From Candidatus Multivoradales bacterium (GTDB taxonomy: Bacteria; Acidobacteriota; Thermoanaerobaculia; Multivoradales; JAHEKO01): a stretch of 64,000 nucleotides of DNA. Under the pieces are notes generated by a model. The model ran no database searches. It saw only the letters and a list, made by a program, of their open reading frames with translations, and was not told where the DNA came from. Where the stretch lies: NCBI GenBank assembly GCA_965223855.1, contig CBDCXM010000009.1, forward strand, positions 1,440,001 through 1,504,000. The letters run 5' to 3'. A program made the position numbers and the translations under genes. Of this stretch, positions 46,969 to 56,598 are shown piece after piece. Each line of letters starts with the position of its first letter. The first letter of the stretch is position 1.

Positions 46969-48741
46969 TCAGGGGGGGCGCGCCACCCGGAATCCGTTGC
47001 CGTCGAACCGCTCGCTCGGGTCCATCCCGAAGCGGTACGGCGTGCCGGAGCCGCGTGGTGCGTTGCCCCAGCCGCCACCTCGCAGAGTGCGTCTCCCGCC
47101 TTCGTCGATGACGGGATCGACGGCGCCCCCGGGATAGCGGGCGTAGGCGTCTTCGAGGAAGGAGTCTCGGCACCATTCCCAGGCGTTGCCGAAGAGGTCG
47201 TGGAAGCCCCAGGCGTTGGGCCGGAACGAACCCACCGGCGAGCTGACGACGAAGCCGTCGTCCCATGAGAAGGCGTCCCAGTCCATCGCCGGCACGGTCG
47301 CCTTCGCCGCCTCGTTGAAGCCGTTGCCCCACCCCCGTCCGGCGTCGGGATCCTCCCCCCATGGATAGCGGGTCTTCGTCCCGGCGCGGGCCGCGTACTC
47401 CCACTCCGCCTCGGTCGGCAGACGAAAGCCGAAGTGGCTGGCGAAGGCGGCAGCGTCCTCCCAGGAGACGTCGACCGCGGGCATGGTCTCCGCGTCCAAA
47501 GTCAGATCTTCGGCGCGGTAGAAGGTCCCGCTCGCATGGTCGGGGCGGAAGCGGCGCATCTGCTCGTTGGTGACTTCATACCGGCCGAGATAGAACGCCC
47601 GGGTCAACTGAACGCGATGCCGGGGACGTTCGTTGGCGCGGTCGAAATGGTCTCCGGCGCCGGCCCCCCGCGCATAGTCTCCCGGTGCCACGAGCAGCAA
47701 TTCGACACCCGAGGTGGCGTGTTCGATCCGCCACGGCAGGCCGGTGGCGAGGAGCGCCCGGCGTTCAGACTCGGAGGCGATCACACCGGGGTCGGGCTCC
47801 CATTCGAGCACGTGTGCCCAGTCGGGCGCCTCGAGTCGGGCGGTCAGATACTTGCCGCGAACGAGCGTTCGTTCCTCTCCGTCTTCGAGCGACACGCTGA
47901 CGATCGCCGGCATGCGCGGCGCCTGCTCCGCGAAATCTGTGCGGGTGAAAGTGACCGCTCTGTCGTCCGGCGAGACGTGAGGGTCGAGCACGGCGTAGCC
48001 GTTGCCCGCGGCCAACGTCCGCTCCCCGCCGGTGGCGAGATCGTGGAGCACGAGCGAGAACACACCCTCGGTGACCCGGACGAACACGAGCCGGCTGCCG
48101 TCGCTCGACCAGTCCGGGTGGAACTCGTCGGACTCCGGAGTGCGGGTGACCTGCGTCCGCTCGCCGCTGATCGGGTGGATCGTCCAGATGTCTCCCGCCT
48201 CGTCGTCGCCCGACCGCCCGACGAAGGCGACCTCGCTGCCGTCCGGCGACCAGCGCGGGCTCGTTTCCTGAAAGCCGGTGGTCGAGGTCAGCGGCTCGAT
48301 GGCGCCTGACTCGGGGTCCATCAGCATCAGGTCGCGGGCGTCCGGCCGGTCGACGTGGAAGACGAGACGACTGCCGTCTGGCGAGTAATCAGGATCGCCG
48401 CCCGCCATCTCCCGGCTCGACAGTGCCTGCAGATCGGTCCCGTCTGCCGCGACTCGCATCAGTAGCGGACTGCCGTCGATGTTGGCGGTGAAAACGAGGT
48501 GCGAGCCGTCCGGAGACCACTCCGGGCGATAGTCGCGATGACGTCGAACCACCAGCGGACGTGAGTTCGATCCGTCAGGGTCGGCGAGATAGATGTGCTC
48601 GGGACCGCCGATGAAGCTGAAGGCGATGCGGGTTCCGTCCGGGGACCACGCGGCAGCGTCGGTCGAGCCGGCGACGAACCAGCCGGATACCGCCAGAAGA
48701 CTGGTGGCCGTGAGGAGGTTCCAGCGGGCAGGGGTGCGCAT
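46969..48741 (-). CDS. TolB-like PD40 beta-propeller fused to an FGE-sulfatase (SUMF1-like) domain
   Basis: Repeated P.WSPDG blades; YEVTNEQ; RLPTEAEWEYAARAG; PNAWGFHDLFGNAWEW; RGGGW; GFRVAR. Confidence 0.85.
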   Translation of the reverse strand: MRTPARWNLLTATSLLAVSGWFVAGSTDAAAWSPDGTRIAFSFIGGPEHIYLADPDGSNSRPLVVRRHRDYRPEWSPDGSHLVFTANIDGSPLLMRVAADGTDLQALSSREMAGGDPDYSPDGSRLVFHVDRPDARDLMLMDPESGAIEPLTSTTGFQETSPRWSPDGSEVAFVGRSGDDEAGDIWTIHPISGERTQVTRTPESDEFHPDWSSDGSRLVFVRVTEGVFSLVLHDLATGGERTLAAGNGYAVLDPHVSPDDRAVTFTRTDFAEQAPRMPAIVSVSLEDGEERTLVRGKYLTARLEAPDWAHVLEWEPDPGVIASESERRALLATGLPWRIEHATSGVELLLVAPGDYARGAGAGDHFDRANERPRHRVQLTRAFYLGRYEVTNEQMRRFRPDHASGTFYRAEDLTLDAETMPAVDVSWEDAAAFASHFGFRLPTEAEWEYAARAGTKTRYPWGEDPDAGRGWGNGFNEAAKATVPAMDWDAFSWDDGFVVSSPVGSFRPNAWGFHDLFGNAWEWCRDSFLEDAYARYPGGAVDPVIDEGGRRTLRGGGWGNAPRGSGTPYRFGMDPSERFDGNGFRVARPP

Positions 48742-48907
48742 CCGTGGAGTCTAGGTGGAGTGCTCGGCTCGGTCGGACCTTGCGCAGCGAGAGTGCCCGA
48801 GGATGCAGGGAGCTGCAGACCCGGGCCGGGTCGGGACCACGCAGGAGGGCGCCTCCCGGTGGTCGGGGCGGCTACAATCGAGCGACTGATCCCCTGGAGG
48901 AAGAACG

Positions 48908-50155
48908 ATGGAGTGCACCCTGTCGATCCGGCCGGCTCGTGCCGTGGCCGTGGTTCTGATCGTCCTGACGAGCTCCGGCTGCGCCATCTGTAGCCGGCCT
49001 CCGTCCTCGCCCGTATCGCCGGCAGCCGACGAAGCGGTCGCGTCGCCTGAGCGGTCGGACTGCCGGTTCCTCTTCGACGCCGGCAGCAGCGGCAGCCGGC
49101 TCTACCTCTACGAGCACACGGATGCCGGCTGGGTGGAGCATCGCGGCAACGGCGATCTTCCCGCGCTGGCCGATCCGGTGCGCGAGATCCGGGGCATGAC
49201 GTGGGACGACATCGATCGCGTGGTCGCCGAGATCGTCGGCGCGCTCCCGGCGATGGTCGAAGACGGGCCGCTCGACGACGGCGAGCCGGCCTGGACGGGC
49301 TTCGACTGGCGGACGCACTGCAACGTGCTTTCGGCGGGCATCTACGCCACCGCGGGTATGCGGATCGCCGAGCAGACGCACCGTGCCCGAGCGGCCGAGT
49401 TGTGGCCGCTGCTCGAGCGCGGACTGGCGGCGACGCTCGGGGACGGGGTCGCGGTGAGCGCGCGGACTCTGAGCGGCTTCGAGGAGGGGCTCTTCACTTG
49501 GCTCGCGCTCCGGGAGACGGCGGGCTCGAACGACTTCGGGATCGCCGAGATGGGTGGCGCCTCGACCCAGGTCGCCTACCCGTGCCCCCAGTGCGCCGAG
49601 GACGCCGAGGACGTCCGCACCGTGATCGTCGATGGCGAGCCGCTGCGATTGTTCAGCTACTCGTTCCTGGGGCTCGGCGTCGACGAGGCTTCGAAGAGCC
49701 TCGGCTTCCCGATGTCGTGCCGCTACGGGATCGGTGAGCTCAACCCGGGGTGGCAGGAGGAGCATTGCGCCTCGCGAATCGACTTCAGCGGCGCGAGCGG
49801 CGGCATCTACGACCCCTACAACTTCGGCGACGGCAGATACGGCATCGACACCGACCTTCCGACCGCCGACGCGACGGTGTCGAAGTGGTACCTCAACGAC
49901 GTCTTCTCCTACATGAGCGCCGACGACCTCGACCGCTGCTGCCGCACCAGCGGCGAGTGCTACCAGGCGGAGACCGCCTGCTTCCGGGCGGTCTACCTGC
50001 GCAAGTACCTCGCGGCGCTCGGCCTCGAGGACGGCACGCCGACCCGGGAGCGGTGGACGAAGGGCGCCAACCTCTGTCTGGCGGAGGACTGTCTCTCGGC
50101 GGCGAAACCGGCTCCGATCTGCCGTTGGGCGGAGGAGGGGTGCCTGGGAGAGTAG
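48908..50155 (+). CDS. GDA1/CD39 family nucleoside triphosphate diphosphohydrolase (apyrase), probable lipoprotein
   Basis: Apyrase conserved regions: FDAGSSGSRL, YATAGMR, LSGFEEG..TW, EMGGASTQ, WTKGA; lipobox-like SSGC. Confidence 0.88.
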   Translation: MECTLSIRPARAVAVVLIVLTSSGCAICSRPPSSPVSPAADEAVASPERSDCRFLFDAGSSGSRLYLYEHTDAGWVEHRGNGDLPALADPVREIRGMTWDDIDRVVAEIVGALPAMVEDGPLDDGEPAWTGFDWRTHCNVLSAGIYATAGMRIAEQTHRARAAELWPLLERGLAATLGDGVAVSARTLSGFEEGLFTWLALRETAGSNDFGIAEMGGASTQVAYPCPQCAEDAEDVRTVIVDGEPLRLFSYSFLGLGVDEASKSLGFPMSCRYGIGELNPGWQEEHCASRIDFSGASGGIYDPYNFGDGRYGIDTDLPTADATVSKWYLNDVFSYMSADDLDRCCRTSGECYQAETACFRAVYLRKYLAALGLEDGTPTRERWTKGANLCLAEDCLSAAKPAPICRWAEEGCLGE

Positions 50156-50214
50156 GCCGTTCCTGGCCCGCACGGCGCGGAGAATCCGTTGCATTGGAGG
50201 AAGGGAGACAAAGA

Positions 50215-51657
50215 ATGAAGGCTCGTGGCAGTTGGATCTCCAGACTCGCAGGGCTGGGCCTGCTGGCGGTATCGACCGCCACCCCCCTGGGCGCTGCTCC
50301 GTGGGGGTCCGAGAGGGAGTCCCATCAACGTCTGTACGACCGGAGCGACGCACTCCTGATCGGAGTCAGCGACTACACCGACGGCTGGGAGGACCTGCCG
50401 AGCATCCCGCGCGAGCTCGACGACATCCAGACCGCGCTCCAGGCCCACGACTTCCAGGTGTGGAGGCTCGACGATCCCACCAGCGCGGAGCTCAACCAAG
50501 CCCTCGTCGACTTCGTTCGTGAGCGCGGTATCGGCTCCTACAACAAGAGGCTCCTCATCTTCTTCGCCGGGCATGGTGAGACGCTCGAGCTCGTCGACGC
50601 GCGCACCCGCGGCTACATCGTGCCCGCAGACGCGCCGCTGCCGTCGCGCGACCCCGAAGGCTTCAAGCGGATGGCGATCAGCATGGACACGATCGAGCAT
50701 CTGGCGGGGGAGATCGAAGCCAAGCACGCCCTCTTCGTGTTCGACAGCTGTTTCTCGGGCAGTCTGATCAAGGTCCGCTCGTCAGGTGCGCGACCGCCGC
50801 TTCACATCACGTCGGTGACCGACCGGCCGGTGCGGCAGTTCATCACGGCGGGAACCGACGGCCAGAAGGTGCCGGGAAAGAGCATCTTCAGCCCGCTCTT
50901 CGTGCGCGCCCTCGCCGGCGGAGCCGACAGGAACGACGACGGCTACGTCACCGGCACCGAGCTCGGCTCCTACCTCCACGAGGAGGTCGTCGATCGCTCA
51001 CACAACCTTCAGACTCCCCAGCGGGGCAAGATCCGCGACGTCGATCTCGACGAAGGGGACTTCGTGTTCGCCGTCGGCGGCGGGGTTCCCGCTCCGGAGC
51101 TGGGCGATCTGGACTACGACGCGGGCAGTCGGCGCGACGACGGCCGCTCGACCCTGACGAACCTTGCGCTCGGTCGCCCGGTGGCCGTGGATCCGGAGAG
51201 TCGGGAGGCCCATGCGGCGCACCGCCGGCTGGGATCGGAACCCCGATCCGCCTGGCAGCCGGGCGTGGAGCAACTTGCCGTCGACGGCAATCCGGGCACG
51301 GTGTGGAACGCCGGCCGATTTCCCGGGAGAACGCGCCATGGCACTTTGGCTCCAGCGTGGATCGAGATCGACCTCGGAGGGCCTCGCCAGGTGAGCGCGG
51401 TCGTCCTGACGCCTGCCTACAGCTCGGCGACGAAGAACGCCGTGCACCTCGTCTGGGGTTACCTGGCGAGCGGCACACGCAGGTTTCTCGGCGAGATTCG
51501 CGGTGAATCGCGAACCGCAGCCCCTGTGGAGATCGCGGTGGAGCCCCATCAGGGGGATGGCTTGGTCAGCGTGCGTGTCGAGACCCAGAACGTGATGTCG
51601 TGGGAGGGAGAGACCGAGTGGGTGGCGTGGTACGAGATCGAGGTGCGAGGCCGGTAG
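50215..51657 (+). CDS. Secreted caspase-like (peptidase C14) protein with C-terminal discoidin/F5-8-type domain
   Basis: Signal peptide; ALLIGVSDY; FFAGHG and FDSCFSG dyad; DGYVTGTELG; NLALGRPV...AVDGN..T.W...WIEIDLG...EIEV. Confidence 0.85.
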   Translation: MKARGSWISRLAGLGLLAVSTATPLGAAPWGSERESHQRLYDRSDALLIGVSDYTDGWEDLPSIPRELDDIQTALQAHDFQVWRLDDPTSAELNQALVDFVRERGIGSYNKRLLIFFAGHGETLELVDARTRGYIVPADAPLPSRDPEGFKRMAISMDTIEHLAGEIEAKHALFVFDSCFSGSLIKVRSSGARPPLHITSVTDRPVRQFITAGTDGQKVPGKSIFSPLFVRALAGGADRNDDGYVTGTELGSYLHEEVVDRSHNLQTPQRGKIRDVDLDEGDFVFAVGGGVPAPELGDLDYDAGSRRDDGRSTLTNLALGRPVAVDPESREAHAAHRRLGSEPRSAWQPGVEQLAVDGNPGTVWNAGRFPGRTRHGTLAPAWIEIDLGGPRQVSAVVLTPAYSSATKNAVHLVWGYLASGTRRFLGEIRGESRTAAPVEIAVEPHQGDGLVSVRVETQNVMSWEGETEWVAWYEIEVRGR

Positions 51658-51662
51658 GTCCA

Positions 51663-52127
51663 CTAGCGTCGATCGACGCGCAGCCGCGCCTCTCGCTGGC
51701 GGGCGCAAGTATCGAGCCACGCGCGCGAGCGGGGTCGTAGCAGGAGCGTGGCGATCGCGGTCATCAGCAGCATCAGCAGGGCTGCGTGGAGGTTCCATGG
51801 CCCGCGCAGCACGATCAGAAGCGCTCGCGCTGCCAGGAAGCCGAGAACGATGTGCGCGGCGAGGCGATAGCCGCGCCGCAGGAAAACGCGGGCGCCGATC
51901 AGCACCGGCAGGAGCGCCATCGAGAGGACGGGGTTGCCCAGCCCGCCGGGGATTCGCGGTCGTCCTCGAAGCCAGAGACCCCACGGATCGCCGCCGCCGG
52001 TCCCGTCGAGCGCCGGCAAGTAGTCCAGAAGGCTCGAGCCGATCAGATACAGCCGATAGAGGATCAGAACGGCGATCAGGGCGAGGGCGGTGCGCACCGC
52101 CGGCGGGGGAGCGGGTCTGGACATCAT
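51663..52127 (-). CDS. Hypothetical four-TM membrane protein
   Basis: PPPAVRTA...; LLLRPRSRAW; TAGACT 5 nt upstream of ATG. Confidence 0.65.
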   Translation of the reverse strand: MMSRPAPPPAVRTALALIAVLILYRLYLIGSSLLDYLPALDGTGGGDPWGLWLRGRPRIPGGLGNPVLSMALLPVLIGARVFLRRGYRLAAHIVLGFLAARALLIVLRGPWNLHAALLMLLMTAIATLLLRPRSRAWLDTCARQREARLRVDRR

Positions 52128-52296
52128 GGTCGAGTCTACGAACACCTCGAGAGACGGTTTCACCGGCTGTCCGAAGCCGAAGCTTGGAGTGAGACCCTCC
52201 TACCCGGAAGGGTGGAGCCCCTACTCCCTGAGGCTCTAGACTGCGGGCACAACTGATCCGAGACAGGGCACGGCCGCAGGTGGCCGCGTTGCCCCA

Positions 52297-53994
52297 ATGG
52301 CGTCGTCCGCAACCACATCGCTGGCCCTCTGGCCCCTCATCGTCGGTCTCTTCGGCGGCCTGGCGCTGTTCCTCTACGGGATGGACAAGATGGCCGAGGC
52401 GCTCAAGGCGGTCGCCGGCGAGCGGATGCGTTCGATCCTCGGACGTCTGACGAGCCACCGCATCGCGGGAGCTTTGACCGGCGCCTTCGTGACCGCGATT
52501 CTGCAGTCGTCGTCGGTGACGACGGTGATGGTCGTCGGCTTCATCACCGCCAACCTGCTGACCTTCGCGCAGTCGATCGGCATCATCATGGGTGCCAACA
52601 TCGGCACGACGATCACGGCCCAGCTCCTCGCCTTCAAGACCACGGGACTCGGCCTCGTGCTGGTCGCCCTCGGCTTCGCCCTCTCTTTGCTGGGGAGAGG
52701 GGAGCGCGCCCGCCAGTACGGCGCCGGACTCATGGGCCTCGGCCTCGTCTTCTTCGGCATGACGATCATGGGCGAAGCGATGGCGCCGCTGCGCAGCTAC
52801 CCGCCCTTCATCGAGGCGATGCAGCGCATGGCGTCGCCGGCGCTCGGCATCCTCGCCGGTGCGCTTTTCACCGCAGTCGTCCAGTCGAGCTCGGCGACCA
52901 CGGCGGTCGTGATCGTCATGGCGAGCCAGGGCCTCATCTCCCTGCCCGCGGGAATCGCCCTGATCTTCGGCGCCAACGTCGGCACCTGCGTGACCGCCCT
53001 GCTGGCGACGATCGGCAAGCCGCGCGAAGCGACCAGGGCGGCGATCGCTCACGTGCTCTTCAACGTCGCAGGCGTCGTGATCTGGCTACCCTTCATCGGG
53101 CCGCTGGCCGAACTCGTCGTCGCCGTCTCTCCCGCATCGCCGCACCTCGAGGGAGCGGCGCGCCTCGCGGCCGACACGCCGCGACAGATCGCGAACGCGC
53201 ACACCGTCTTCAACGTCGGCAACACCCTGCTGCTGATCGGTTTCGTGCCGCAGCTCGCCTGGCTGATCTGCCGGCTGGTGCCCGATCGCGCGACGGTTCC
53301 CGACGAGCGCTCCCGTGCCCGCTACCTGGACGAAGAGCTGTTGGGCACCCCGGCCCTGGCTCTCGAAAGGGTGCGTTTGGAGACCCTCGGCATGGGAGAA
53401 CAGGTCGGCGAGATGCTGCGCCGGATTCTCCCCGCGGTGCTCGACGGAGATCGCCAGGATCTGCTCGAGGTCCGCGACATGGACGACGTGGTCGATGAGC
53501 TCCACGGCCAGGTCGTCACCTACCTCGGCAAGGTGAGTCAGATGGCTCTCACCGAGGCCCAGACGAGAGAGGTGCTCGACCTGATGGAGGTGGTCAACGA
53601 TCTCGAGAACATCGGCGACATCGTCGAGATGAACCTCGTGGGGCTCGGCCTCGAGCGGCTCTCACACCAGATCTCGGTGAGTCCCAGCACCCGGGAGCTG
53701 CTGACCGGGTTCCACGATGCGGTCTGCGATGCGGTCGAGGGAGCGACCCAGGCGGTGACCTTGCGCAGCGCCGAGGCGGCGGAGAACGTGACTCGGAGGA
53801 AGGGTGAGATCAATCGCCTCGCGGAAGCCGCCGCGACGCATCAGGTCGATCGTCTGGTCGCCGAAGAGCCGAACCGGCTGCCGGCCTTCAAGATCGAGAG
53901 CGACCTGCTGCAGAACCTCAAGCGGATCTACTACTTCGCGAAGCGCATGGCCCGCGCCTCGACGCGAGCGGACTCAGGGACCGCTGGAGACTGA
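52297..53994 (+). CDS. Na+/Pi cotransporter family protein with PhoU-like C-terminal domain
   Basis: GGLALFLYGM; two QSSS repeats; GANIGTT / GANVGT; IANAHTVFN; DLENIGD. Confidence 0.92.
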   Translation: MASSATTSLALWPLIVGLFGGLALFLYGMDKMAEALKAVAGERMRSILGRLTSHRIAGALTGAFVTAILQSSSVTTVMVVGFITANLLTFAQSIGIIMGANIGTTITAQLLAFKTTGLGLVLVALGFALSLLGRGERARQYGAGLMGLGLVFFGMTIMGEAMAPLRSYPPFIEAMQRMASPALGILAGALFTAVVQSSSATTAVVIVMASQGLISLPAGIALIFGANVGTCVTALLATIGKPREATRAAIAHVLFNVAGVVIWLPFIGPLAELVVAVSPASPHLEGAARLAADTPRQIANAHTVFNVGNTLLLIGFVPQLAWLICRLVPDRATVPDERSRARYLDEELLGTPALALERVRLETLGMGEQVGEMLRRILPAVLDGDRQDLLEVRDMDDVVDELHGQVVTYLGKVSQMALTEAQTREVLDLMEVVNDLENIGDIVEMNLVGLGLERLSHQISVSPSTRELLTGFHDAVCDAVEGATQAVTLRSAEAAENVTRRKGEINRLAEAAATHQVDRLVAEEPNRLPAFKIESDLLQNLKRIYYFAKRMARASTRADSGTAGD

Positions 53995-54005
53995 GGGAGA
54001 TCGTC

Positions 54006-55109
54006 ATGGCGAAGAAGCGACAGCGCACACGCCAGCCAAGTTGGAAGCGGATGGGCCTGACGCCGCGCATCCGCAAGTCGGTGGCGGAGTTCGTAGAGAA
54101 GCTGCCGGTCGATGAACCGGCGGAAGCGGCGCGTTCGGCCCGCCGGCAGCTCACCGGCAAGCAGGCGAAGAAGATCGTCCAGAGCGCCCTCGAGCGCTTC
54201 TTCGAGAAGCAGGAGCTGGCGCCCTACCAGGCCGAGTTGATCAAGATGCACCGGCATCTGGAGGCGCGCGGTCGCAAGCTCATCGTCCTTTTCGACGGCA
54301 GAGACGCCTCGGGGAAGGGAGGGACGATCCGGCGGGTGGTGCGCTATCTGAACGAGAAGCAGTATCGCGTCGTTGCGCTCGGCAAGCCGACCGAGGAGCA
54401 GAAGACCGAGCTCCACATGAAGCGCTACATCGAGTGCCTTCCGCACGCGGGCGAGATCGTGCTCTTTGATCGCAGTTGGTACAACCGCGCCATGATCGAG
54501 CCGGTGATGGGCTTCTGCACCGAGCCGCAGTATCGCGAGTTCATGAAGCGGGTCGTCGGCTACGAGGAGCGGATGCTGGCCGATCGCACCACGACCCTCA
54601 TCAAGCTCTACTTCTCGGTGTCGAAAGAGGAGCAGAAGCGGCGATTCGACCGCCGTCGCGACGACCCGCTTCGACAGTGGAAGCTCAGCGAGGTCGACCT
54701 CCAGGCGCAGGCGCTGTGGGACGAGTTCACGGAACGCAAGTACCACCTGCTACGCAAGACCCACACCGACAAGACGCCCTGGTACGTGATTCGCTCGGAC
54801 GACAAGCGGATTGCCCGCCGCGAGACCATCAAGCTGATCCTGAAACTCAACTCCTATCGCGGCCGCAGTCGCTCCCTGAACTTCGACCTCGACCCGGAAG
54901 TGGTGCTCACGGGGGACGAGGAGCTGCGGCTCATGCAGCGTCAGCGCCGCAGGCTTGGCCGTTTTGCGTGCGTTGATCCGGAGCGGACGCTAGCCCGCCT
55001 GCTCTACGGGATCGTCGAGCTCCAGTTCGAGGTGTCGCCGGTCTCGAACCCGTCGAGGAAGATCGTTGCACCGAAGCAGACCGAGTTGACGCAGGTGGAG
55101 AGCGAGTAG
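54006..55109 (+). CDS. ppk2: Polyphosphate kinase 2
   Basis: DGRDASGKGG; FDRSWYNRA; WKLSEVD; PWYVIRSDDK; 3' end overlaps the convergent gene. Confidence 0.93.
   Translation: MAKKRQRTRQPSWKRMGLTPRIRKSVAEFVEKLPVDEPAEAARSARRQLTGKQAKKIVQSALERFFEKQELAPYQAELIKMHRHLEARGRKLIVLFDGRDASGKGGTIRRVVRYLNEKQYRVVALGKPTEEQKTELHMKRYIECLPHAGEIVLFDRSWYNRAMIEPVMGFCTEPQYREFMKRVVGYEERMLADRTTTLIKLYFSVSKEEQKRRFDRRRDDPLRQWKLSEVDLQAQALWDEFTERKYHLLRKTHTDKTPWYVIRSDDKRIARRETIKLILKLNSYRGRSRSLNFDLDPEVVLTGDEELRLMQRQRRRLGRFACVDPERTLARLLYGIVELQFEVSPVSNPSRKIVAPKQTELTQVESE
55004..55063 (-). other. C-terminal 19-aa DGFE tag, copy 2
   Basis: IFLDGFETGDTSNWSSTIP-stop. Confidence 0.75.
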
Positions 55110-55858
55110 AAGTAGGTCTGGCCCGGCGCCAGGACGCGGCGCTGCTGAAAGCCGGCCGTGAAGTCACCGGGTCCGAAGGGGGTGCCGGTGCCGGTGAAGT
55201 CGTCGAGCGCGTTGTCGTTGAGGGCGTCGCGCACGGCCGGCCACGCCTCGACCCGATAGCCGATCCCCGGCGACGCACTGAGCCACGCCTCGGAGGTCTC
55301 GCTGGCGATCACCGTGTCCGGAGAGAACCTGATGGCGGAGTCGCCGCCGGCGCTTCCGTCGACGTCCATGTCCGCGTACGGAAAGACGGTGAGGTCGAGA
55401 TTCGAGCCGGAGATATTCGTCACGGTAAGGGCGGTGCCCAGAAACCCGCCCGAGCCGCTGACGCTGACGAAGAAGAACATCTGAGCGTCGAAGAGGCCGC
55501 GACCGTCGACGTCCGACCAGGTCAGAGTCGCCGTGTCCCCGCTGTAGCTCTCGCTGTCGGGCGGCGGCATGATCGTCTCCGCCGTGTCCCCGGCGACGCG
55601 GTACCAGAACCAGCGCGCGAACTCGTGGTCGGTGCCGATCGGCACCTCGAAGTCGGTGACGATGCCTTCCGGACCGAAGCCAGGCTGAACCCTCCAGAGG
55701 TTGGTCCCGTCGGTGATCTCCCCTCCTAAGACGACGCCCTGGGTGACCTCGCTTCGGGGGACATCACGGCGGGCGGAGAGCTCCTTGTCCTTCCCCCGGA
55801 CCGGAGCGGATACCAGCAGGATGCCGACCGTCATCGCCGTGCAGGACAGCTTCTTCAT
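55004..55858 (-). CDS. Secreted beta-rich protein with C-terminal DGFE tag
   Basis: GGAGGG RBS; signal peptide; DHEFARWFWYRV; YADMDVDG; ends IFLDGFETGDTSNWSSTIP. Confidence 0.8.
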   Translation of the reverse strand: MKKLSCTAMTVGILLVSAPVRGKDKELSARRDVPRSEVTQGVVLGGEITDGTNLWRVQPGFGPEGIVTDFEVPIGTDHEFARWFWYRVAGDTAETIMPPPDSESYSGDTATLTWSDVDGRGLFDAQMFFFVSVSGSGGFLGTALTVTNISGSNLDLTVFPYADMDVDGSAGGDSAIRFSPDTVIASETSEAWLSASPGIGYRVEAWPAVRDALNDNALDDFTGTGTPFGPGDFTAGFQQRRVLAPGQTYFYSLSTCVNSVCFGATIFLDGFETGDTSNWSSTIP

Positions 55859-56169
55859 GACTCCCTCCCGACCTCGCGGTCGTCGTTTCGGGCTGCCTGC
55901 CGGCTGCCCGTGTGGGCTCTTCGAGTGCAGGATCTCGGAGAAGGTAGCACGCCTCCGAGTGCAGTGATTTCGGCCATCCGGACGTGCTCAAGCGCCATGC
56001 ATGCACACCGGGGCAGATCATCGTTGCTCGGCTCGCGCATCGTCGTCATCACGACCCTCTACCCGAAGGAACGCGGAGCTCGAAGCTCCGGGGCCACTGT
56101 CATCGTCCCGATGTCGTCTGGGATAGTGGCGTCGGGGCCTCCGAGTGCCGGGAGGTAGCCTGGGAAAGA

Positions 56170-56598
56170 TCAGAGCCGAACGAGGTGCTCCGAGTGGGCC
56201 GCGGGTACGGCGTCGATGGGGATCGCACGATCGAATGTGACGAGTCGTCCGTCATGTCTCACCGCAAGCGCCAGGAGGTAGGCGTCGGTCACCTGGCGAG
56301 GGCCGTGGAGGCGCTCGGGTTCCAGCAGCGAGCGGTCCAGGAGACTCAGGTCGCACGGCCAGAACTCGTGGTGGTCAGTGTCCGTTGCGGTTCTCAGGCG
56401 AGCTGCCGCCTGGCTTGGAGACACCGGGCTCGGGTAGCGGGGTTGGCTGAGAACGCGCACGAAGCCGTTCTCCGTCAGGGCGCACGATGCCCAGCCGTGG
56501 GCGATCTCACCGGCGAGCCAGGTGCGCGCCGTTCGATGATCGATGTGATCGGCATCAAGCAGCGCCAGCAGGACATTGATGTCGAGCAGGGCGCGCAC
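56170..56598 (-). CDS. vapC: VapC PIN-domain toxin
   Basis: LLDINVLLAL...H..H...TENGFVR...QVTDAYLLALA...LVTFD. Confidence 0.9.
   Translation of the reverse strand: MRALLDINVLLALLDADHIDHRTARTWLAGEIAHGWASCALTENGFVRVLSQPRYPSPVSPSQAAARLRTATDTDHHEFWPCDLSLLDRSLLEPERLHGPRQVTDAYLLALAVRHDGRLVTFDRAIPIDAVPAAHSEHLVRL

Noticed and set aside
46969-47700. FGE/C-type-lectin domain as a diversity-generating retroelement target
   Set aside because: No reverse transcriptase and no template-repeat copy of the 3' end seen in the window
52186-52230. Hairpin (CTCCTACCC-GGAA-GGGTGGAG) as a riboswitch or CsrA site for the Na/Pi gene
   Set aside because: It lies upstream of both candidate -10 boxes, so it is probably not transcribed, and it matches no motif I can recall
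55859-56169. Short ORFs between the tagged gene and vapC
   Set aside because: No RBS, motif or convincing codon bias
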